A stretch of DNA of 64,000 bases from TPA_inf: Saccharomyces (Eukaryota): the NCBI GenBank assembly GCA_000146045.2, contig BK006934.2:192001-256000 (forward strand), written 5' to 3'. This document shows positions 9,311 through 20,954 of this stretch, piece after piece. The translations under genes and the position numbers were made by a program. Positions within the stretch are counted from its first letter, which is position 1, and each line of letters opens with the position of its first letter. A model generated the notes under the pieces. It did not search any database. It was not told the DNA's origin and saw only the letters and a list, made by a program, of their open reading frames with translations.

Positions 9311-12300
9311 GGTATTAGCTGAGAGGGCAATTTGGCTTGCTTGAACAGGAACCCTCAAAGAAAAATCACGAATTGAATAAGCTTCCCTGAAGATAATTCT
9401 AAATGATTAGCTAAGATTACTCATAAAGTCAAAAGTTTGATCGCTAACAAAAGGGAAAAAAACGGAAAAAAAATAAAAAAATGTGTCAAACTCCCACAGC
9501 CAAGTCCAAGAGTACGAAAAAAAACTTTCACAACGAGTTCAAAAAATGTGGGATGAAGACTCCCGTTTTTCACCGCCTAGAAAACAGCGTTTGCTGAGAA
9601 AAAAAATAAATCATCGAGAAGAAGTATGTCATCATAGGATGTTCCCATTGTAAGGTGATGTGTAACATACTCGAACAAAGAATGTATAGAGCTGAATATT
9701 TCTCCTTTAAATTTCAAAGAAAATGAGAAGGAAAATCTCAAACAGAAACTTCGTTCTTTTTCTCAAGTAAGCAAAAGCTTATTGAGACAAAGCGGAATAA
9801 CTACGATATTAATAACGTTGATGAAGCTCGAACAAAGTTAGCGTCGGTTATGCTTGCCTATATAAAGATATATTTGCCTTACATTTTCGTTGAACGTAGA
9901 ATGATTTTTGCTTTTAATAAATTTTTTGTTGTTCTTTCAGTGCTTCTTCAACTTTGATACGAAAGCAAGTGCATTAGTACAACAAGAACTGGCCACAACT
10001 ATACTATACTCATTTTTTCTTGCCCGTGTTTTAAATGTTTTCATCCACAGCATTTGATGGGATGATTGGAAGTGAGACGTTCGAGAAAATCCATATTTTG
10101 AGTCAAGAATTCAGATAATATACTGAGATGATTAGGTATGGCTGGGTTCTACAAAAACACAAATATCCGGCTAGCAATGATCACTGAGCAAATTAAAGCG
10201 TTAACTCACTCATTATTGTAGCTTATGCGTTTCTCCTCCTCTCTTTTTTTCCTCGAACCGGAGTGGAAGATCCAATAACGTAATATTACTGATGTTGTTA
10301 TTAAAGCTGGCAAAAATAACATGAGGCGTAAAACCGCACTGCGGTAAGATGAGGGTATAAGGTGGAGATCAGGCGAACAAGCTGTTCTAAATCATACATA
10401 TGTACAATGAGAACGTGTAACGATCCAATGAGCGTTTCATGATGCCATTGTTTAATCAGAGTGATGAAAAAGAAATATTTGCGACCTTTTTTCGTTACAT
10501 TGATCGTGAAATTTTAATCAAAGATAATATAAGGACGTGAGATATTTATCTTTTTACTTGAAATTAACAATAGAATTGCGCTAAGCGGAATAAGAGCTTT
10601 CGTAAACCTTTCTATTTGCACCATTGCGTCAACGTATAAAATGGTATGACCTTTACACAAACGCATGCTTATAATCTTATGTTTTTCATAGGGTGTAATT
10701 TGGTTGATGACGTAGTCTAAATTTGATGCTATCTGCAATTGAGGTACATATAAGAGGTCAATTTCGGGACCAACCCTTTTAATCGAAAAAAACGTAATTC
10801 ACTAGGGCAAGGGAGAACTTAGCAGCTAATATCGTAAACCTTTCATACTAAAAAAATGCACTTACCATCAACAAAAAACTCAGGACCAATTTCCAAGCTT
10901 TTCTAGGTGATTGCCTATAACACAAAAAGATTCGCTCATACATGAGATTTTTACATGTAATAGCAATTTGTTCCGATCAGTTGAAGGTCATCAACGCACG
11001 GCAGGTACATCCACACCTATCACAAAGCCCTTCAATAATTCACCTACGTAAAGTTATACCGAAACATGCAAAATCCATGAAAAATTCTGTATGATAACGA
11101 TCATATCCTTTTGTATTGGTGGTACGATGCTCAAAGATAGTTATTGTTGCACCTGAGGCAAAAGCGGAAATGAAAAATCCAGATGGGGCCAAAAGCAGAA
11201 GTATTGTGTACAACAATTGCTTCAGCAGTTTACCAAACCGTTTCCCAGCAATCATCAAAAGTTGCTTTAGCCACATTTCCGCAAGATATCTTTGTGGCTC
11301 AACGAAGAGGGCTATTCCAAATGCAATACAATACTAGCCGCTAGTGATCCATGCTTATAGGCAATTTGATTGATAACTGGCCGTTCTATTAAGGAGTCAA
11401 TGCTAACCACATATAATGCATATAGGATTTGGCCTCTGCTGACCGTAATACTAGACAAGGAATATAAAACAACAACGTAACCCAGCATAAAAACGATATA
11501 AATAAAAAAAGAAACCAGATCATAAAGTTTGAGGGCACATCCCTCATGGTTTCAAAATCTCGTACATTGACTCAAACCTCGAGATCTTGTTTAAACGAAC
11601 ATAAGAACAGCGGTACCAAGTGACACATTGCGTACTGTGTAGTATGCGCCGTATATAACTTTTTTTTTCTGAAGGTACTTTGAATTACAATCTATTTTTT
11701 ACAGTTCCTATGGCAGGGGTTGAAGATATTTGGGTCTGAACCATAGCAGGATTAGTGTTATAGTAGGTATGTGAATAGAAGCTAACAAAATGAGATGAAC
11801 CTCATACAAAGTCGTAGAGAAAACTGCTAACAGAAGAGCTGCGCCTTGAAATCGTATCTCTAAGCTTATAATAAATTGAAAGGAAAAAATACGTGGTAAA
11901 TGCAAGCGACCAAAAGGCTACGGCCCAACGCTAACCCGCCGATAGGTGCATAATCTAATTTACCTCCACCAGCAGGAGCCCTTTTTCTAAGTAATAAGCA
12001 AACCAGATAACTTACATCTTGCTGTAGGAAACAAAAGCCGGAATAATGGTTCACTCATATTCTTCGTGTGAAACACAGAAGAAATCCAATATTTGCTTCA
12101 GTATTTATCTCTAAAAATTGGTCCTACATTGGAAACCATAAACCAATTATAACCGGTGTACGAATTGTAAGCTAGTTCTGGAAATGTCATGTTGCGCAGG
12201 TAAAAGTGGAGCTGAATTGTATATCTGTTTTGATCATTATTATCCCTCTGGGTGAGTGGAAATATCAATAAAATGCAATGGCACATTTAATATCCTTCTC

Positions 12301-12606
12301 TTAATTCCGTGATTTATAACATCTTGATGCCAGAAACACCTTTCGGATCCGGCAATAAAGCGGAGATTAGCACGCTTTTCGCCGGTCCTACGGATTTAGT
12401 GTTGGCTATTGTTGAGATTAGTAATACGCAGAGAATTTTTCTACCGGTGAAGCGACCATCTCAGATTATTAGGTCAAGCAATAACACTTGTTATTAGATG
12501 CGTTACGTTCACCTGGACCCTATATAAAGGCATATTTGCCTTACATTTGGTGTATGGTATCACCTTGTATACTAAGAACATATATATGCAGATATAACAA
12601 CAGGAT

Positions 12607-14151
12607 ATGGTTGCAGAATTTCAAATAGCGAGTGCACAGTCATCGGCATTGACATCTACTGAAGAAGAGCATTGTTCAATAAACTCAGACAAAGCCGCAA
12701 AACTGGATCTGGAATTGACCAGTGAACGAAAAAATGACGGCAAACAATCGCATGAAGTGACCTTCAACGAGGACATCGCGGACCCAGAAGATATAGCACG
12801 GCATATGAGCACCGCCCGCCGGTATTATATTTCCTCGTTAATTACATTCACATCGATGGTAATTACGATGATCTCGTCCAGCTGGACGCTTCCTTCAACG
12901 CACATAATCGAACACTTTCATATTTCGCACGAAGTCAGCACTCTGGGAATTACGCTTTATGTGTTTGGGCTCGGTATAGGACCTTTATTTCTGTCTCCAC
13001 TAAGTGAACTATATGGACGAAGGATCACATTTTTATACGCCCTTACGCTCAGTATCATATGGCAGTGTTTGACCATTTGGTCCAAGACCATTACGGGTGT
13101 CATGTTTGGCAGATTTCTATCCGGGTTTTTTGGTTCAGCCTTTCTAAGTGTGGCTGGCGGCGCCATTGCCGATATATTCGACAAAGACCAAATTGGTATT
13201 CCTATGGCAATATACACTACATCGGCCTTTTTGGGGCCCTCTTTAGGACCAATCATTGGTGGAGCCTTATACCATCAAAGTTATAAATGGACATTTATCA
13301 CACTTCTCATCACTTCTGGATGTTGTCTCGTTATGATCATCTTTACCATACCTGAAACCTACAAACCAATGCTGTTAATACGTAAAGCTAAGAGATTGAG
13401 GAAAGAGAAAAATGATCAACGGTATTATGCTGTCCTGGAAGTCACCCGCGAACAGACTTCCTTACTTTCCGCAATCTTTCTCTCAACCAAAAGACCCTTT
13501 GGCCTGTTACTTCGAGACCGAATGATGGGTGTGCTTTGCTTCTATACTGGATTGGAACTTGCCATAATATATTTATATTTCGTAGCGTTTCCTTATGTGT
13601 TCAAGAAACTTTACAACTTTGGGCCCATGGAGATTGCATGCTCCTATATCGGTATTATGGTCGGCATGATACTCTCGGCTCCTACTTGCTTGTTATTCCA
13701 AAAAACGTTTGAGTGGAGAGTCAAAAGAAATAATGGCGTCAAGACTCCCGAAATGAGATTCGAGCCTCTGTTCTACGGCGCCTTTTTGACCCCAGTTGGG
13801 CTCTTCATTTTTGCATTCACCTGCTACAAGCATGTCCATTGGATTGCACCAATTATAGGCAGTGCAATTTTCGGTTCAGGTGTTTATTTCGTCTTTACCG
13901 GTGTTTTTGCGTATACAGTGGATGCCTATAGAAGATATGCAGCTTCTGGAATGGCTTGTAACACATTTGTGAGATGCATAATGGCCGGTGTCTTCCCTCT
14001 TTTCGGACTCCAGATGTACAAGTCAATGGGAGTGAATTGGGCCGGCTTTCTCTTGGCAATGGTGACCGTAGCGATGATTCCTGTCCCATTTCTGTTTACC
14101 AAATACGGTGCCCGACTGAGAGCCAAGTCGCCGTATGCATGGGATGATTGA
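12607..14151 (+). CDS. YHK8: Major-facilitator-superfamily drug:H+ antiporter-like transporter, 514 aa
   Basis: Multi-TM MFS protein with a long hydrophilic N-terminus. A TATA element lies ~85 bp upstream. Confidence 0.85.
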   Translation: MVAEFQIASAQSSALTSTEEEHCSINSDKAAKLDLELTSERKNDGKQSHEVTFNEDIADPEDIARHMSTARRYYISSLITFTSMVITMISSSWTLPSTHIIEHFHISHEVSTLGITLYVFGLGIGPLFLSPLSELYGRRITFLYALTLSIIWQCLTIWSKTITGVMFGRFLSGFFGSAFLSVAGGAIADIFDKDQIGIPMAIYTTSAFLGPSLGPIIGGALYHQSYKWTFITLLITSGCCLVMIIFTIPETYKPMLLIRKAKRLRKEKNDQRYYAVLEVTREQTSLLSAIFLSTKRPFGLLLRDRMMGVLCFYTGLELAIIYLYFVAFPYVFKKLYNFGPMEIACSYIGIMVGMILSAPTCLLFQKTFEWRVKRNNGVKTPEMRFEPLFYGAFLTPVGLFIFAFTCYKHVHWIAPIIGSAIFGSGVYFVFTGVFAYTVDAYRRYAASGMACNTFVRCIMAGVFPLFGLQMYKSMGVNWAGFLLAMVTVAMIPVPFLFTKYGARLRAKSPYAWDD

Positions 14152-14461
14152 TTTTTTTGCATATTTTTTCCTTTGGATGTTGCATAATCTTTTCCCGCTT
14201 ACGTCATTGGTGATAGATTGTTTCGGATCTTCAAAAGGCAACACGCATAGGCCAAAGAAAAAAGAAATTTTGCATTTTTTCATTTTTGCATATTCTCGCA
14301 TGTTTTCTTTCTTTTTCTCTAGTTTTCGAATGTTTTTGGCTGCAATGTATATTGTATATAAACCATAAAGGTGCAAAATGCCAGATGTACGCGGCCAATC
14401 TTAATTTTCTAGTAAAAGTAGCAGCTAAATCTGAAACTCTCTAGCTTGTAATAAACGAAGG

Positions 14462-15193
14462 ATGACTGTACAAATTCCAAAATTATTATTTTTACACGGC
14501 TTCTTGCAAAACGGTAAAGTTTTCTCCGAAAAATCATCTGGTATTAGAAAATTATTGAAGAAGGCTAATGTCCAATGTGACTATATTGATGCACCAGTCC
14601 TTTTAGAAAAGAAGGACTTGCCATTTGAAATGGATGATGAAAAATGGCAAGCCACCCTAGATGCGGATGTTAACAGAGCCTGGTTCTATCACAGCGAAAT
14701 CTCTCACGAATTGGATATCTCAGAAGGTTTGAAGTCTGTTGTTGATCACATCAAGGCCAATGGCCCATACGACGGCATTGTCGGTTTCTCTCAAGGTGCC
14801 GCATTGTCCTCTATCATCACCAACAAGATCTCAGAGTTAGTTCCAGACCATCCACAATTCAAGGTAAGTGTAGTCATTTCCGGCTATTCCTTCACCGAGC
14901 CAGACCCAGAACATCCTGGAGAATTGAGAATAACCGAAAAATTCAGAGACTCATTTGCGGTAAAACCAGACATGAAGACCAAGATGATCTTCATCTATGG
15001 TGCTTCTGACCAAGCCGTCCCATCCGTCAGATCCAAGTACCTGTACGATATTTATTTGAAGGCGCAAAATGGTAATAAGGAAAAGGTGTTGGCTTACGAA
15101 CACCCTGGTGGACATATGGTTCCAAACAAGAAGGACATTATCAGACCAATTGTTGAACAAATAACCTCTTCCTTACAAGAAGCTTCTGAATAA
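14462..15193 (+). CDS. FSH1: Serine hydrolase (family of serine hydrolases 1), 243 aa
   Basis: Carries a GxSxG nucleophile elbow (GFSQGA) and an alpha/beta-hydrolase layout. Confidence 0.85.
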
Positions 15194-15653
15194 ATCGTAG
15201 GTTGTTGCTTACCTGCTTTCTAGCTTTTTACTATCACACGCAGGGTGTGTGGAGTGAAATGCTGATCGAGTATGTATATATACATATAAGTACTTTGTAT
15301 AGAATGAACCACAAGTTTGTAGCATCCTTTCTCTTCTCTTCCATCCTGCGTGCTGCTAACCCCGCCCGGCGCGAAAAATCCACCCGGGGTGCTTTAGCGT
15401 GGCTTACGAAGACCTTTTTAAACATACTTATACTCTTTCTCGAAGGAAGAAAATAATGCAGAAGAGAAACAGCAGAAAAAAAAGAAATCATATTAAATTT
15501 CAGAATCAGTCTCCTTTTGCTTCTAGTCATTTAACCATCAAACGCGTTTAACCGTTTAGAAAACCCTCTTCAACAACTATTTGTTTTGATACTAATATTA
15601 GCACATCTCTATTGCCATTTAACCACTAATTTTCCGTATAGCGTTTATGTTTG

Positions 15654-17303
15654 ATGACGTCCCAAGAATATGAACCTATTCAATGGAGCGATGAATCCCA
15701 AACAAATAATGATAGTGTCAACGATGCGTATGCCGACGTGAATACCACTCATGAGTCGCGTCGAAGAACAACTTTGCAGCCAAACTCAACATCCCAGAGC
15801 ATGATCGGAACATTGAGAAAATATGCTAGGTTCATCGGTCCTGGTTTGATGGTATCTGTATCGTACATGGATCCTGGTAACTATAGTACAGCTGTAGCAG
15901 CGGGTTCTGCTCATCGGTACAAGCTTTTATTTTCTGTCTTAGTTTCTAATTTCATGGCTGCTTTTTGGCAGTACCTCTGCGCCAGATTGGGTGCTGTCAC
16001 TGGCCTAGATCTGGCACAAAATTGTAAGAAACATTTGCCCTTTGGACTTAACATTACTCTTTATATTCTGGCGGAGATGGCAATTATTGCCACAGATCTG
16101 GCAGAAGTGGTAGGAACCGCTATTTCTTTGAATATCCTTTTCCATATACCTCTCGCCCTAGGTGTGATACTTACTGTGGTAGACGTTTTAATTGTTCTGC
16201 TAGCTTACAAACCTAACGGTTCCATGAAGGGTATCAGAATATTTGAAGCTTTTGTTTCTTTATTGGTGGTTCTTACCGTAGTTTGCTTTACTGTTGAACT
16301 GTTTTATGCCAAACTGGGACCTGCCAAAGAAATATTTTCTGGGTTCTTACCCAGTAAAGCCGTTTTTGAAGGTGATGGGTTATACTTAAGTCTGGCAATT
16401 CTGGGCGCCACGGTAATGCCTCATTCATTATATTTGGGGTCAGGTGTGGTTCAACCAAGATTAAGAGAGTATGATATCAAAAACGGACATTACTTGCCAG
16501 ACGCGAATGATATGGATAACAATCACGATAATTACAGGCCATCCTATGAGGCCATCAGTGAAACTCTGCACTTTACTATAACGGAATTACTGATCTCGCT
16601 GTTCACGGTGGCATTATTTGTCAATTGTGCCATTCTTATCGTGTCTGGCGCTACACTATACGGGTCCACTCAAAATGCTGAGGAAGCTGACTTATTTTCT
16701 ATTTACAACTTACTCTGTAGTACTCTTTCCAAGGGAGCGGGAACGGTATTCGTGCTGGCATTGTTGTTTTCAGGACAGAGTGCCGGTATCGTGTGTACGT
16801 TGAGTGGACAAATGGTTAGTGAAGGGTTCTTAAATTGGACTGTTTCTCCGGCATTGAGAAGATCCGCCACAAGAGCGGTAGCCATCACGCCTTGTTTGAT
16901 TTTAGTGCTTGTAGCTGGACGTAGCGGCCTCTCTGGTGCACTAAATGCTTCCCAAGTGGTACTTTCTCTCTTGCTGCCTTTTGTTTCTGCACCTTTACTT
17001 TACTTCACTTCAAGCAAGAAGATTATGCGTGTACAGCTTAACCGTACCAAAGAACTTTCAAGAACTACAGACAAAAAACCCGTGGCCGACCGAACCGAAG
17101 ATGATGAGACCATTGAGCTCGAAGAAATGGGCATAGGCAGCAGCTCACAGGAGCGCAGCTTAGTTTCTCCTGCTCCAGAATACAAAGACATGAGCAATGG
17201 AATGATCGTCACCGTGCTCGCAATCATAGTATGGTTGATTATCTCCGGACTGAACTTTTATATGTTACTGGGCTTTACTACGGGCAAAGAAGTACACCTC
17301 TAA
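15654..17303 (+). CDS. SMF2: Nramp-family divalent metal (Mn2+) transporter, 549 aa
   Basis: Nramp DPGN motif (MDPGNYSTAVAAGS) and multi-TM layout. The start is the ATG at 15654; the track begins 3 nt upstream on a TTG. Confidence 0.85.
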   Translation: MTSQEYEPIQWSDESQTNNDSVNDAYADVNTTHESRRRTTLQPNSTSQSMIGTLRKYARFIGPGLMVSVSYMDPGNYSTAVAAGSAHRYKLLFSVLVSNFMAAFWQYLCARLGAVTGLDLAQNCKKHLPFGLNITLYILAEMAIIATDLAEVVGTAISLNILFHIPLALGVILTVVDVLIVLLAYKPNGSMKGIRIFEAFVSLLVVLTVVCFTVELFYAKLGPAKEIFSGFLPSKAVFEGDGLYLSLAILGATVMPHSLYLGSGVVQPRLREYDIKNGHYLPDANDMDNNHDNYRPSYEAISETLHFTITELLISLFTVALFVNCAILIVSGATLYGSTQNAEEADLFSIYNLLCSTLSKGAGTVFVLALLFSGQSAGIVCTLSGQMVSEGFLNWTVSPALRRSATRAVAITPCLILVLVAGRSGLSGALNASQVVLSLLLPFVSAPLLYFTSSKKIMRVQLNRTKELSRTTDKKPVADRTEDDETIELEEMGIGSSSQERSLVSPAPEYKDMSNGMIVTVLAIIVWLIISGLNFYMLLGFTTGKEVHL

Positions 17304-17474
17304 TATAACAATTCTTTAGACTAGTATAAGTATACATTTTATCCAAGAATAATAACAGAAAATTCCAATCAAAAAGTTGGTGTTAGGCTATACTGATGGC
17401 CGTATCGCTCCATACGAGCCAATCAGGGCCCCGCGCGTTATTTCCGCCGCTTACAGCTTTCTTTGAATCTCCCT

Positions 17475-17645
17475 ATGAAAAGGGACCTAATTGGTCCGGT
17501 CAAAGCATTAATAAAGATCAACAATTGCTCTTGCTTATCAAGGTGCCAGATCTCAAGGTTACCTCATTTCTTTACATTTCATCCACATTTTAGCACACTT
17601 ATTTATTATTACAATTTGAAAAATTGTATCACTTCTGAGACTTAG
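17475..17645 (+). CDS. Possible small protein (56 aa) between SMF2 and COX6 (YHR050W-A-like)
   Basis: Small ORF starting at the second Met of the 60-aa track ORF 17463-17645. I only weakly recall an annotated 56-aa micro-ORF at this position, and the sequence itself gives no independent support. Confidence 0.25.
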   Translation: MKRDLIGPVKALIKINNCSCLSRCQISRLPHFFTFHPHFSTLIYYYNLKNCITSET

Positions 17646-17704
17646 TAGCGGAGATAAACAGCCGAACAATTGTATTTGACACATAAACTAATAAATATAC
17701 AACA

Positions 17705-18151
17705 ATGTTATCAAGGGCCATATTCAGAAATCCAGTTATAAATAGAACTTTATTGAGAGCCAGACCTGGTGCTTATCATGCAACTAGATTGACTAAAAAT
17801 ACGTTTATTCAAAGTAGGAAGTATTCTGACGCACATGATGAAGAAACCTTTGAGGAATTCACCGCAAGATACGAAAAGGAGTTTGATGAAGCCTATGATT
17901 TGTTTGAAGTGCAAAGAGTGCTCAACAACTGTTTTTCCTATGATTTAGTTCCTGCTCCTGCTGTTATTGAAAAAGCTTTGAGGGCTGCCAGAAGAGTCAA
18001 TGACTTACCTACCGCAATTAGAGTATTTGAGGCTTTGAAATACAAGGTGGAGAATGAAGACCAATACAAGGCCTACTTGGATGAATTGAAGGATGTCAGA
18101 CAAGAATTGGGCGTTCCCTTAAAGGAAGAGCTATTTCCAAGCTCTTCTTAA
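17705..18151 (+). CDS. COX6: Cytochrome c oxidase subunit VI, 148 aa (with mitochondrial presequence)
   Basis: N-terminal amphipathic R/L-rich presequence (MLSRAIFRNPVINRTLLRARPGAY) and the COX6 mature sequence. Confidence 0.9.
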   Translation: MLSRAIFRNPVINRTLLRARPGAYHATRLTKNTFIQSRKYSDAHDEETFEEFTARYEKEFDEAYDLFEVQRVLNNCFSYDLVPAPAVIEKALRAARRVNDLPTAIRVFEALKYKVENEDQYKAYLDELKDVRQELGVPLKEELFPSSS

Positions 18152-18701
18152 TAATAAGGAAAAAGCTACCACACAACGTCTGTAATTTGTTGTCCTTTTT
18201 TTATTTGTGGAAAATTCCTCAATTTGAAATAAGATTCGTATTTATTTTGTAAAACGATTTTAGTTTTTATTTTTTTTTTTTCTTCCCTTTTACCTTATTA
18301 TTTGTTTTACCCTTTATGGATATTCATCCACTCAGAAACTAATATATCAAAATCAACGATAAGATCACAAGAGGTGAAATAAGAAAAGTAAAAGAAAAAT
18401 ATTTAAATTTAACCATTATGATTTCCACTTTGTTTTCTCTACTCTATTACTTGAACAAACTTTATTTTTGGTAATGAGGGCTGGTCACAGATTACCTTTA
18501 ATATCCTTTGTTAGTAGCTTTTTTGTGTTCTATTTCAGGAAAGAAGAATGGGAAAAATAATAAAACAATAAATAACTATATAAAAAACAAAAACCTAGAA
18601 TATACCATTAAAGAATTACTATTCTATTCTGTGCTTCACCGTTGCGTCAATAAATGTGAAGTTGATGTCACTTCATACTAAAAAAATTAAAGACAATTTC
18701 C

Positions 18702-18732
18702 TGAAAAAAATTTTTCCACTGGAGCTCATCGC
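18702..18732 (+). promoter_or_regulatory. RRPE (TGAAAAAAATTTTT) plus PAC (GAGCTCATCGC) ribosome-biogenesis promoter motifs ~130 bp upstream of CIC1
   Basis: Both motif strings are directly visible at 18702-18715 and 18722-18732. Their spacing and their position relative to the ATG are typical of RiBi regulon genes. Confidence 0.7.
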
Positions 18733-18847
18733 AAATTTTGAAAAGTAACAAAAAGCGTTTGTATACTGCATAAAGAATAGTGTCTGTTTTATAAGAAATA
18801 TTAGACAGCAGGCAGATAAACCTACGTTCCAGACTATAAAGTATAAA

Positions 18848-19978
18848 ATGGCTAAAAAGAGTAACTCAAAGAAATCTACGCCTGTAAGTACACCAAGCAA
18901 AGAAAAGAAGAAGGTTATTGAAAAGAAATCTTCCACAGCCATTCCTAGGGAAAGAGTTATTAAAGCTGTCAACGAGCTTATAAAATTCACTTCCAAGCCA
19001 CAAGATGAAAATAATGAAGAAGGAAATAACGGTAAGAAAAACCTATTGGAAGATGATGAAGAAGAATTGAAGAAAGATCTGCAATTAATCGTAGTAAATA
19101 ATAAATCATTCACCGGTACTTCCAAATCATTCAAATTGAAATTACTAAATGTCAAACATTCGTTTTACAAGCCTTGGAAAGAAGCCAGTGCAACAGCGGT
19201 TAAGGATTTCAAAGTTTTATTAATTTTGAAGGATTCTGATATTAAGAAAGTTTCAGAAGATGATTTATTTGATCAATTAGATTCAGAAGGAATCAAGGTT
19301 GATGAAATCATTTGCGGGAAAGACTTAAAGACCGTTTACAAGGCATATGAGGCTAGAAACGCTTTTATATCTCAGTTTTCTTTGATTTTGGCTGACGACA
19401 GTATAGTTACATCTTTGCCAAAACTTATGGGAGGCAAAGCCTACAACAAAGTAGAAACTACTCCTATATCAATTAGAACACATGCAAATAAGGAATTTTC
19501 CTTGACCACTTTGACGAACAATATCAAAAAGGTTTACATGAATCAGTTGCCCGTTAAACTTCCAAGAGGTACCACGTTGAATGTCCATTTGGGTAATTTA
19601 GAATGGTTAAGGCCAGAAGAGTTTGTAGATAACGTTGAATTAATTTCTGAACAGTTAATCAAAGCATACCAAATCAGATCCATTTTTATCAAGACCAATA
19701 GGTCGCCCGTATTGCCATTATACTATAACCAGGACGTTCTTGATGAACTTGAAGCTAAAAAGGACAAAATCGAAGAAACCCACGAAGATGACATGGTCAC
19801 CATTGATGGTGTACAAGTTCATTTGTCTACCTTCAACAAGGGTTTGATGGAAATCGCCAATCCTTCCGAATTGGGTTCAATTTTCTCTAAACAAATTAAC
19901 AATGCAAAAAAGAGATCTTCTAGCGAGCTTGAAAAAGAATCTAGCGAGTCAGAAGCTGTCAAGAAGGCTAAAAGTTAA
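18848..19978 (+). CDS. CIC1: Nucleolar 60S biogenesis / proteasome-interacting protein, 376 aa
   Basis: Lys-rich N- and C-termini. It sits between COX6 and the CUP1 array. Confidence 0.85.
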   Translation: MAKKSNSKKSTPVSTPSKEKKKVIEKKSSTAIPRERVIKAVNELIKFTSKPQDENNEEGNNGKKNLLEDDEEELKKDLQLIVVNNKSFTGTSKSFKLKLLNVKHSFYKPWKEASATAVKDFKVLLILKDSDIKKVSEDDLFDQLDSEGIKVDEIICGKDLKTVYKAYEARNAFISQFSLILADDSIVTSLPKLMGGKAYNKVETTPISIRTHANKEFSLTTLTNNIKKVYMNQLPVKLPRGTTLNVHLGNLEWLRPEEFVDNVELISEQLIKAYQIRSIFIKTNRSPVLPLYYNQDVLDELEAKKDKIEETHEDDMVTIDGVQVHLSTFNKGLMEIANPSELGSIFSKQINNAKKRSSSELEKESSESEAVKKAKS

Positions 19979-20534
19979 TTTGTTTCCTCCTTATCTATCT
20001 TTTCTCTCATTTTTTTCTTGTGAAGAAAAAAATTTGAATTTCATAGAGTGCGGTGCATATGTATATATCTATATATGTTTGAAGTGTATATTAAAAATAA
20101 AGTCATTATTTGAATATTGGTTTCTCGGTCTAAGAGCTTATACGTTTTAGACTGATCTGTTGTACTATCCGCTTCAAATAAATAGATCATTGAAAGTGAC
20201 GGGGATAACAGCATTTTACCTTTAAAAGACGTTCTCATAATACATTTTAGGATTAATACATATGCTTTTTTTTTATTCGAAATCTGGGGATTCTATACAG
20301 AGTTGTAAGTTAGGCAAACTAGAATTTGGTAATAATATTTTATTCTTGGGGCGACATATGGAGATACTTTATTTCCTTTTCTTAATTATTAACGTATACC
20401 TATAAATTAACAAAGTATCTAAACAAAATACATAAGTGTACTCAAACTGAGTAGAATCGTCGATTAAACTTCCTTCTCCTTTTAAAAATTAAAAACAGCA
20501 AATAGTTAGATGAATATATTAAAGACTATTCGTT

Positions 20535-20720
20535 TCATTTCCCAGAGCAGCATGACTTCTTGGTTTCTTCAGACTTGTTACCGCAGGGGCATTTGTCGTC
20601 GCTGTTACACCCCGTTGGGCAGCTACATGATTTTTGGCATTGTTCATTATTTTTGCAGCTACCACATTGGCATTGGCACTCATGACCTTCATTTTGGAAG
20701 TTAATTAATTCGCTGAACAT
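20535..20720 (-). CDS. CUP1-1: Copper metallothionein, 61 aa
   Basis: Protein MFSELINFQNEGHECQCQCGSCKNNEQCQKSCSCPTGCNSDDKCPCGNKSEETKKSCCSGK, with the Cys-X-Cys clusters of a Cu-thionein. Confidence 0.95.
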   Translation of the reverse strand: MFSELINFQNEGHECQCQCGSCKNNEQCQKSCSCPTGCNSDDKCPCGNKSEETKKSCCSGK

Positions 20721-20892
20721 TTTATGTGATGATTGATTGATTGATTGTACAGTTTGTTTTTCTTAATATCTATTTCGATGACTTCTATATGATATTGCAC
20801 TAACAAGAAGATATTATAATGCAATTGATACAAGACAAGGAGTTATTTGCTTCTCTTTTATATGATTCTGACAATCCATATTGCGTTGGTAG

Positions 20893-20954
20893 TCTTTTTT
20901 GCTGGAACGGTTCAGCGGAAAAGACGCATCGCTCTTTTTGCTTCTAGAAGAAAT
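20893..20954 (-). promoter_or_regulatory. CUP1 upstream activating sequence: palindromic Ace1/Cup2 sites (tcttttttgctggaacggttcagcggaaaagacg) plus HSE (ttctagaagaaa)
   Basis: Lies ~170-230 bp upstream of the CUP1-1 ATG on the coding strand. Both the inverted repeat and the TTCnnGAAnnTTC-type element are directly visible. Confidence 0.75.

Noticed and set aside
11641-11710. Intron-like signals (gtatgcgcc ... ctattttttacag) in the AAP1-YHK8 intergenic region
   Set aside because: No flanking exons or ORF context, and GTATGC is not the consensus 5' splice site. Likely coincidence in AT-rich DNA.
18673-19155. 160-aa minus-strand ORF overlapping the CIC1 start
   Set aside because: Antisense to the Lys-rich CIC1 N-terminus, giving poly-Ser/Phe low complexity. 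No independent support.
20510-20704. Plus-strand 64-aa ORF overlapping CUP1-1 antisense, with an identical copy at 22508-22702
   Set aside because: Fully antisense to the strongly supported metallothionein ORF and present only because the repeat is duplicated. Treated as a spurious or dubious ORF.
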